From the IMG/VR virus record IMGVR_UViG_2681813274_000008: DNA of 4,617 nucleotides. One strand, given 5' to 3'. Position 1 is the first letter of the stretch. Every line of letters begins with the position of its first letter. Below, piece after piece: positions 1 through 4,617 of this stretch. The translations under genes and the position numbers were made by a program. Under the pieces are notes generated by a model. That model was given only the letters and a program-made list of their open reading frames with translations. It ran no database searches and was not told the DNA's origin. Source of the DNA: a virus. Lineage: Duplodnaviria; Heunggongvirae; Uroviricota; Caudoviricetes.

Positions 1-37
1 CATCGGGCATTATCTGAACATAAAACACTATCAATAA
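1..37 (+). CDS. insB: IS1 transposase InsB (InsAB') C-terminal fragment; 5' part outside window
   Basis: Codons 2-34 read I-G-H-Y-L-N-I-K-H-Y-Q followed by TAA at 35-37, consistent with the known C-terminus of IS1 InsB. Recognised from memory, not searched. Confidence 0.75.
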   Translation, partial: IGHYLNIKHYQ

Positions 38-52
38 GTTGGAGTCATTACC
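1..52 (+). mobile_element. IS1 insertion sequence, right-end fragment (terminal 52 bp including the right inverted repeat); body of the element lies left of the window
   Basis: Reverse complement of 1-52 is GGTAATGACTCCAACTTATTGATAGTGTTTTATGTTCAGATAATGCCCGATG, which matches the IS1 right terminus as I recall it (IRR GGTAATGACTCCAACTTATTGAT). The same 28-mer recurs inverted at 4590-4617. Homology ends sharply at 52/53. Confidence 0.88.
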
Positions 53-646
53 TGCGCCCCCCTGTGGAATGTAGTAATAACGTTCCATAACGCGGGCACG
101 CCATATTTCCAGATTTTCAATATCTTCACCGTCTGTAATGGTGTCAGCGTACCCTGTGGACGGCAGACCACTGACGGGTGTTCCCAGTTGCATGGCAATA
201 CCATCATCCGTATTCCCCGCCGATCCCGGTTCGTCTGCCACAACAGGCACCCGGAGAAGACCATCGGCTGCGGTCACCGTCGCCGTCGTGGTAAAGGTCA
301 CCTGATTATCACGCTGGATCTGCGTTCCCGCTGGCAATACCGGCGTCCCCTCTACGCCATCCCAGCGCACAAATCCCCGGGCTGCCACCGCTTCTTTTCG
401 CGGGCAGCGTTTGATTCTGGCGTGCCGGTACAGCCAGTCTTCATCACACACGTCCGGTAACAGATTTCTGGCAAGATAATCGATATACCCGTACAACGTG
501 TGTACGGCTGCAGCCTGTACACGGGCATACACTTCCGCATCCATACGACGAAGCAGCGTATCCTGCTCAAAGCGGGTTAATAAATCGCTCCGGATCATAG
601 AAATAAGTTGCGGGAGGCCGGGGCGATAAAACTGACTGTCAGCCAT
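53..646 (-). pseudogene. Baseplate J-like protein (Mu gp47 / P2 gpJ family), 5' portion only; truncated by IS1 at 52/53
   Basis: ATG at 646-644 with GGAG (complement of 655-658) 8 nt upstream. Open frame of 198 codons (MADSQFYRPGLPQ...ITDGEDIENLEIWRARVMERYYYIPQGGA) runs straight into IS1 sequence. Position directly after the gp46-like gene matches Mu gene order, and the E-x-D...R-x-R...GG motif region resembles baseplate J proteins. The ORF track omits it because no stop occurs inside the window. Confidence 0.65.
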
Positions 647-1049
647 TCAGTTCACTCCAGATATCATCAAAAATAATGTTGTGAATATTGCCGTCACGCT
701 GGTAAATGGTAATGGCAAGTGCCAGCGAGTCTGTCCCGGTCCGGACAGCGTTAATATCAAGACGGGAAGCAACACCATCCTCCACCATCCACGCCAGCGC
801 CTCACGGACATAATCTCTGGCAAGCTGCGGGGTTTTATTTGTCAGCTTGCTGCGTCGCAACAGATACAAACGCGACCCCGTGCGATCATTCTGAACCGCA
901 GGCCAGGTATCCCCCCACCATCCAAATATCCGTGGTGCATCATCACGCCCGGCACGCCGCCATGTAAAAAGCGAAATAATCACAGCACGCGTCAGAAGGT
1001 CGATCGAAGCCCCGGTCGACACGGGTCGCCCGTTAACATTAATCATCAT
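639..1049 (-). CDS. Mu gp46-like baseplate protein (GP46 family)
   Basis: 136-aa ORF; size, position between the gp45-like and gp47-like genes, and motifs (FGWWGD, GSRLYLLRRSKL) fit the phage GP46 family. Its TGA stop overlaps the gp47 start in an ATGGCTGA arrangement. Confidence 0.75.
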   Translation of the reverse strand: MMINVNGRPVSTGASIDLLTRAVIISLFTWRRAGRDDAPRIFGWWGDTWPAVQNDRTGSRLYLLRRSKLTNKTPQLARDYVREALAWMVEDGVASRLDINAVRTGTDSLALAITIYQRDGNIHNIIFDDIWSELNG

Positions 1050-1054
1050 GATTT

Positions 1055-1588
1055 TCAGCCCATCGGTTGATCCGGCGTGTCAGTGATCCCGCCACCATCA
1101 CCATTTTCGGTATGTTTGTGGGCATTGTAGGCCTGCCGCATTTGCTGCATGCTGAGTCCGCCACTGTCGCAATTGTCAGTAATATCGGCGGTGGATTCGA
1201 CTGGCATTTCAAAGCGCGCTTTAGGCGCGTTTTTAAAAATTATGGCCTTCCCGGCCCCGTCCACCACAATACCGGAACGGGTCAGGACAACGGACTGTCC
1301 CAGATCGTCATAAAGCGCCACTTCCCCACGTTTCAGTCCTTTCAGCCGGTAACGTCTGTCAGCCACGACCACAACCACACCATGAGAACGATCGCCCGCC
1401 GGAAATAAAGCAACGCCCTCAGCACCGTTCTGTGCGGCAGATGTAAAACCATAAGGTTCAAGGTGCTCAACGTGTTGTTTCTGATCTCCGGCTATCATTT
1501 TCAACCCTACAGACTGACACTTTCTGGCGGAATCCACCGCCGTGATGACAGCCCGGGAAATCAGATTACGAAGAGAAAACCCGTTCAT
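1055..1588 (-). CDS. Baseplate spike / baseplate assembly protein V (Mu gp45-like)
   Basis: 177-aa ORF; central region PYGFTSAAQNGAEGVALFPAGDRSHGVVVVVADRRYRLKGLKRGEVALYDDLGQSVVLTRSGIVVDG is typical of the gpV/gp45 OB-fold spike family. GGAGG (complement of 1596-1600) lies 7 nt upstream of the ATG at 1588-1586. Confidence 0.85.
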   Translation of the reverse strand: MNGFSLRNLISRAVITAVDSARKCQSVGLKMIAGDQKQHVEHLEPYGFTSAAQNGAEGVALFPAGDRSHGVVVVVADRRYRLKGLKRGEVALYDDLGQSVVLTRSGIVVDGAGKAIIFKNAPKARFEMPVESTADITDNCDSGGLSMQQMRQAYNAHKHTENGDGGGITDTPDQPMG

Positions 1589-2654
1589 CAGAAATCCTCC
1601 TCAACATTTTTTTCTTCCTGGCGGTAACAGGCTCGGGGAGATAAGCATCTGCCGGGCCAACCCGTAATTCAGTCGTCGTGCCCCGGTCGTCCTGGTTATA
1701 GGTAACTTCTGCGATCACCAGTTCATCATTATCAAAATTATTCAGCGGGTCGAAAACGATGACAGATAACCCCGGACGCCATAACGCGCCACTGCCCTGC
1801 CGCCAGCCCTGAACCGTATATGTTGTCTCACGGGTAAGCGCAGCCCGTTGGCGCGCTTCAAATTCACAACGGGCCTTACAGGTTGCTGTCGTTGCTGTGC
1901 CTGACTGCTGAATCAACAAAGGGCGATAACGGGTCACGCCACTGTCCTGAATGGTCTGACGTATTGCGGCAATGGTGGCCTCACCAAAATCATCGTCGTT
2001 GCCCGGGCGCTGCCCACTGACCTGATATTCAGAAAACCGCTCTCTGATGCTTCTTTCCGTGTCACAGGAAAGAATATTCTCTCCCAGCACCAGCACCAGC
2101 ACCAGCGCCGTCGCCGCTTTACCTGTTCCGGGTTTTCCCAGAACCAGTCGCCCGCATTCATCGTCATAAGCCAGCGTCTGAACCTGCCCCAGTAACCGGT
2201 TAAGACAATCGGCAACGGTTTCGCCGTGTTCCGGCTGGGCATCAATCACCGCTGTCTGCGGCACGCCAGCATCAACAACGGTGATGCCAAATGGCGCAGC
2301 CAGTTCACTGACTATTCTGAGCAGGTTTTTTCCGCTCTGCTGGAGTGGCAAAGCAGAGCAGTCAACCAGATCGGCTGTTTTGCTTCGCCCGACAATTCCC
2401 ATGCTGACGCTGCTGGCGTCATAACGAAGCGGTAGTGCCTCCACATATCCGGTGAGCACAGGCTCATCCCCGATAAGCACTTCAACCAGCTCACCATTTT
2501 TTATCCGGGGTTGATAATCCCGGCTTCCGGGCCAGCGGGTGGTAATGGCAACATTAAAATCCCGGGCAATACGGTTAATGCCCGCACTGATACGGACGGA
2601 TGTCCAGCCGCCCCATTCGCGACCGGAAACCCGAAGTAAAACGGTATCATTCAT
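1566..2654 (-). CDS. Baseplate hub protein (Mu gp44 / gene P; P2 gpD late control D family)
   Basis: 362-aa ORF; length and C-terminal region (WRPGLSVIVFDPLNNFDNDELVIAEVTYNQDDRGTTTELRVGP) fit the gpD/Mu P family. Start ATG overlaps the N gene stop (ATGA at 2651-2654); its 3' end overlaps the gp45 start by 23 nt. Confidence 0.85.
   Translation of the reverse strand: MNDTVLLRVSGREWGGWTSVRISAGINRIARDFNVAITTRWPGSRDYQPRIKNGELVEVLIGDEPVLTGYVEALPLRYDASSVSMGIVGRSKTADLVDCSALPLQQSGKNLLRIVSELAAPFGITVVDAGVPQTAVIDAQPEHGETVADCLNRLLGQVQTLAYDDECGRLVLGKPGTGKAATALVLVLVLGENILSCDTERSIRERFSEYQVSGQRPGNDDDFGEATIAAIRQTIQDSGVTRYRPLLIQQSGTATTATCKARCEFEARQRAALTRETTYTVQGWRQGSGALWRPGLSVIVFDPLNNFDNDELVIAEVTYNQDDRGTTTELRVGPADAYLPEPVTARKKKMLRRISDERVFSS
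2085..2106. repeat. Hexanucleotide tandem repeat (CAGCAC) x3.7 within the baseplate hub gene
   Basis: Direct reading: cagcac cagcac cagcac cagc. On the coding (minus) strand it encodes A-L-V-L-V-L-V-L. Confidence 0.9.
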
Positions 2655-4060
2655 CTGACGGGTACCCTTAATGCCCTGACCGGAACAAAGCCCGGATGAG
2701 AGATGGCATTTCGATCCAGGATATCAGTTTCACGGGACGCATCGTCGTACCATGACGCAGCCAGAACAAGCGCAGGCAGAACTTCCGCTGGCGTTCGCTC
2801 TGCGGTTTCCTCCGTCTGAACCAGACGCGCCTGAATATCCCGGTTCAGTTCTGTACGTAATGACGTCAGCTGAAAAAACAGCCTGTCATCCGCCGTACGC
2901 CTGAGCTCCTGTTCAATCGCCGCGTTCAGCGATTTGCGTATGATGGTGAGATTTTCCCGCGTGGGTGGTTGCGCTCTCTCATCCTGTCCTGTGCTGGCTG
3001 CCACGCTGTCAAGTGCCGGATGAGAAACGTGAATAATATCGGACTGACGTTCAGTGGAACCACCAACAGCCACAACCGCCTGCTGATTTTTCACCAGGCT
3101 TCCGGGTTGTGGCAGTGAAGTGACCGCCCTTGTGGCTTCGCTGATTGCCGTCGTCCGGATGACAGCAGCCACAAGGTTTGTCTGCTGTTTTTGCCTGATA
3201 ACCGATGCGGAATCTGTGGGCCACACCGCACGCGGTGCCAGTCCTGGGTCCAGCGTAATGCCGGACATTGTCGTTATGGACTGCACCAGATCCTGTGTGT
3301 TATCCACCAGCCGGGTTCCGGCCCGCCAGGTATCCTGCAACGTATGCACAAAATCACTGGCAACCGACGGCGGCATCAGAATGACGGATAAATCGCCCTG
3401 CAGTAGTCTCGCTCCGGCAGAAACAGCCGAATTAACCATTTTGAAAGCTGTCTGAACGGTTCCCAGCATATCGGTCGTCCGGGCAATAACATCGTTCTGA
3501 ATAAANNNNNNNNNNNNNNNNNNNNNNNNNNNNNNNNNGAGATCAAAATCGCCGAACATGTCTTCAATCAACTCATCCAGGAATACGGACGACTCCTCCA
3601 GTTTTCTGGCGGTTGCAGCTCCGGCGACCGGAAATGACAGTTCCCCGCTCTCAACAAACTGAAATGAAACCCGGCACATACGGCCTTCAGTGCCGGAGTG
3701 AGAAACGGTCACCTGCCCGTCAATACAGCCCTGCATTTCACCGAACTGCGGATGGATCAGCGTCCCCGGCCCGGCGGTTTCAATCGCTGTAATCAGCCTG
3801 TCGCGCTGCTCTGCGTAATCATCACCAACGAGATACGCATTAATCGTCAGCCGTCGCGTGGCACGCCCGAGATCTTCCGTGTACGGTTTGTCACGGTTTG
3901 GGTATTCATGGACCTGAACGCGGCGTCCGAACGAACCCTCGTCGCTCTCCACCGAAAACGGAACGCCACGAAATGAAGCGTCGTAAAGATTATCGCGCCA
4001 ATTGATACCTGAAGATGCAGAAAAGAGTGAAGAAAGAGAAGGTAAAGAAGGTAAGTCCAT
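2651..4060 (-). CDS. DNA circulation protein N (Mu gp43-like; DNA_circ_N N-terminal domain)
   Basis: 469-aa ORF; N-terminal region WRDNLYDASFRGVPFSVES...GRRVQVHEYPNRDKPYTEDLGRATRRLTINAYLVGDDY...GPGTLIHPQFG matches the conserved DNA circulation N-terminal domain. Contains a 32-nt N gap (3507-3538) that happens to keep the frame. GGAG (complement of 4066-4069) precedes the ATG at 4060-4058. Confidence 0.85.
   Translation of the reverse strand: MDLPSLPSLSSLFSASSGINWRDNLYDASFRGVPFSVESDEGSFGRRVQVHEYPNRDKPYTEDLGRATRRLTINAYLVGDDYAEQRDRLITAIETAGPGTLIHPQFGEMQGCIDGQVTVSHSGTEGRMCRVSFQFVESGELSFPVAGAATARKLEESSVFLDELIEDMFGDFDLXXXXXXXXXXXFIQNDVIARTTDMLGTVQTAFKMVNSAVSAGARLLQGDLSVILMPPSVASDFVHTLQDTWRAGTRLVDNTQDLVQSITTMSGITLDPGLAPRAVWPTDSASVIRQKQQTNLVAAVIRTTAISEATRAVTSLPQPGSLVKNQQAVVAVGGSTERQSDIIHVSHPALDSVAASTGQDERAQPPTRENLTIIRKSLNAAIEQELRRTADDRLFFQLTSLRTELNRDIQARLVQTEETAERTPAEVLPALVLAASWYDDASRETDILDRNAISHPGFVPVRALRVPVR
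3507..3538. other. Assembly gap (32 N) inside the N gene
   Basis: Run of n characters; the flanking reading frame is continuous across it. Confidence 0.95.
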
Positions 4061-4065
4061 ACTGT

Positions 4066-4069
4066 CTCC
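4066..4069 (-). promoter_or_regulatory. Shine-Dalgarno (GGAG) for the N gene
   Basis: Complement of CTCC at 4066-4069, 5 nt upstream of the ATG at 4060-4058. Confidence 0.5.
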
Positions 4070-4073
4070 ACTA

Positions 4074-4098
4074 TAAAAAAACCGCCAATTTCTGGCGG
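4074..4098 (-). terminator. Rho-independent terminator (minus strand) downstream of the AT-rich ORF
   Basis: Stem CCGCCA (4082-4087) / TGGCGG (4093-4098) with a 5-nt loop; on the minus strand the hairpin is followed by a run of 7 U (complement of A-run 4074-4080). Lies 9 nt after the TAA (4107-4109) of the upstream ORF. Confidence 0.55.
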
Positions 4099-4106
4099 CT
4101 TATATA

Positions 4107-4589
4107 TTAATCATCATTAATATCTTTCATATTCAATTTGCAATTTTCGTAGGTCACTCCCGACTCGCCATTAACATTAACTCCAGCTCTGATATTCCCG
4201 TTTTCTTTTACATCTACAAAAAACTGGCCTCTTGGCATCTTGAACGCAAATGTAAAACCAACAGTATCTGAATCAAAATCATCATCTTTATATATTGGGA
4301 TCAAAAATGTCATCGTCGCTGGTGATGCATTGTTTGCAAAATCAAATACACCTATACTTTTGCCGAATTCNNNNNNNNNNNNNNNNNNNNNNNNNNNNNN
4401 NNNNNNNNNNNNNNNNNNNNNNNNNNNNNNNNNNNNNNNNNNNNNNNNNNNNNNNNNNNNNNNNNNNNNNNNNNNNNNNNNNNNNNNNNNNNNNNNNNNN
4501 NNNNNNNNNNNNNNNNNNNNNNNNNNNNNNNNNNNNNNNNNAATCCATCTGTATCCAAGTCAACGTCATTATCTGCAGATGTTTTAACG
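4107..4589 (-). CDS. Hypothetical protein, AT-rich ORF of unknown function; interrupted by a 171-nt N gap (4371-4541); 5' end unresolved, possibly truncated by IS1
   Basis: Minus-strand frame open from the gap edge (4370) to TAA at 4107-4109 (...EFGKSIGVFDFANNASPATMTFLIPIYKDDDFDSDTVGFTFAFKMPRGQFFVDVKENGNIRAGVNVNGESGVTYENCKLNMKDINDD). A second open stretch 4542-4589 (VKTSADNDVDLDTDG) continues without a start codon into IS1. AT-rich third codon positions and a terminator immediately downstream support coding. No family recognised. Confidence 0.4.
4371..4541. other. Assembly gap (171 N) inside the AT-rich ORF region
   Basis: Run of n characters; true length and content unknown. Confidence 0.95.
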
Positions 4590-4617
4590 GGTAATGACTC
4601 CAACTTATTGATAGTGT
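4590..4617 (-). mobile_element. IS1 insertion sequence, right-end (IRR) fragment in inverted orientation; body lies right of the window
   Basis: 4590-4617 GGTAATGACTCCAACTTATTGATAGTGT is the exact reverse complement of 25-52 and matches the IS1 IRR terminus. Flanking base 4589 differs from the base flanking the left copy. Confidence 0.85.

Noticed and set aside
31-570. Small ORFs 31..264(-), 188..460(+) and 352..570(-) from the ORF track
   Set aside because: All lie within the gp47-like coding region in other frames or on the opposite strand, with no RBS or homology signal; typical spurious ORFs in GC-rich coding DNA.
1-646. A single long minus-strand ORF running from 646 to the window start, as if gp47 were intact
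   Set aside because: The last 17 codons are IS1 sequence read antisense to insB. The open frame there is a fusion artefact of the insertion, and protein homology should end at position 53.
681-1408. Plus-strand ORFs 681..1070 and 1067..1408
   Set aside because: Antisense to the gp46-like and gp45-like genes, which have clear family features; the translations are Arg/Pro/Gly-rich in the way GC-rich antisense frames usually are.
1934-2497. ORFs 1934..2245(-), 2226..2435(+) and 2312..2497(-) inside the baseplate hub gene
   Set aside because: Alternative-frame or antisense ORFs nested in the 362-aa gp44-like gene. The WCWCWCW stretch is just the CAGCAC repeat read in another frame.
3120-4071. 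ORFs 3120..3455(+), 3191..3391(+), 3376..3567(-), 3698..3976(+) and 3847..4071(-) inside the N gene
   Set aside because: Nested in or antisense to the 469-aa DNA circulation protein ORF; no independent support.
4240-4594. Plus-strand ORFs 4240..4587 and 4295..4594 spanning the 171-N gap
   Set aside because: Both depend on the arbitrary gap length, start with weak TTG/ATG contexts without an RBS, and terminate in IS1 sequence. The minus-strand frame is longer, has AT-rich third positions and is followed by a terminator.
4352-4603. Minus-strand ORF 4352..4603 with a TTG start inside IS1
   Set aside because: The TTG and first four codons are IS1 inverted-repeat sequence, and the frame after the gap stops at 4352. 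The real ORF more likely continues in the frame ending at 4107, so this call is an artefact of the gap and IS1 junction.
1-4617. Terminal 28-bp inverted repeats as crossover sites of a Gin/Hin/Cin-type invertible tail-fibre segment or shufflon
   Set aside because: The repeat sequence matches the IS1 terminus and the left copy continues into the InsB C-terminal codons and stop. No invertase gene is present, and the repeat lies in a baseplate J-like gene rather than a tail-fibre gene. The enclosed 4.5 kb is baseplate genes, not alternative fibre C-termini.

Overview
4.6-kb window of enterobacterial-type DNA (a scaffold with two N gaps) carrying a Mu-like prophage baseplate gene block on the minus strand: DNA circulation protein N (gp43-like), baseplate hub P (gp44/gpD-like), spike gp45-like, gp46-like, and the 5' part of a baseplate J-like gp47 gene. 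The genes are tightly packed with overlapping stop/start codons. The block is bracketed by two IS1 ends in inverted orientation: the last 52 bp of one IS1 (including the insB stop) at 1-52, and the first 28 bp of an oppositely oriented IS1 at 4590-4617. The left IS1 cuts the gp47-like gene after about 198 codons. Upstream of the N gene there is no tape-measure gene; instead there is a visibly AT-rich ORF of unknown function, a minus-strand intrinsic terminator, then the right IS1. No tRNA, rRNA or CRISPR array was seen. The most economical reading is an IS1-disrupted Mu-like prophage remnant with a small foreign cargo ORF; I could not support a novel defence or other system from the sequence alone. 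Family assignments rest on recognising protein motifs and the IS1 terminal sequence from memory, with no database search run.
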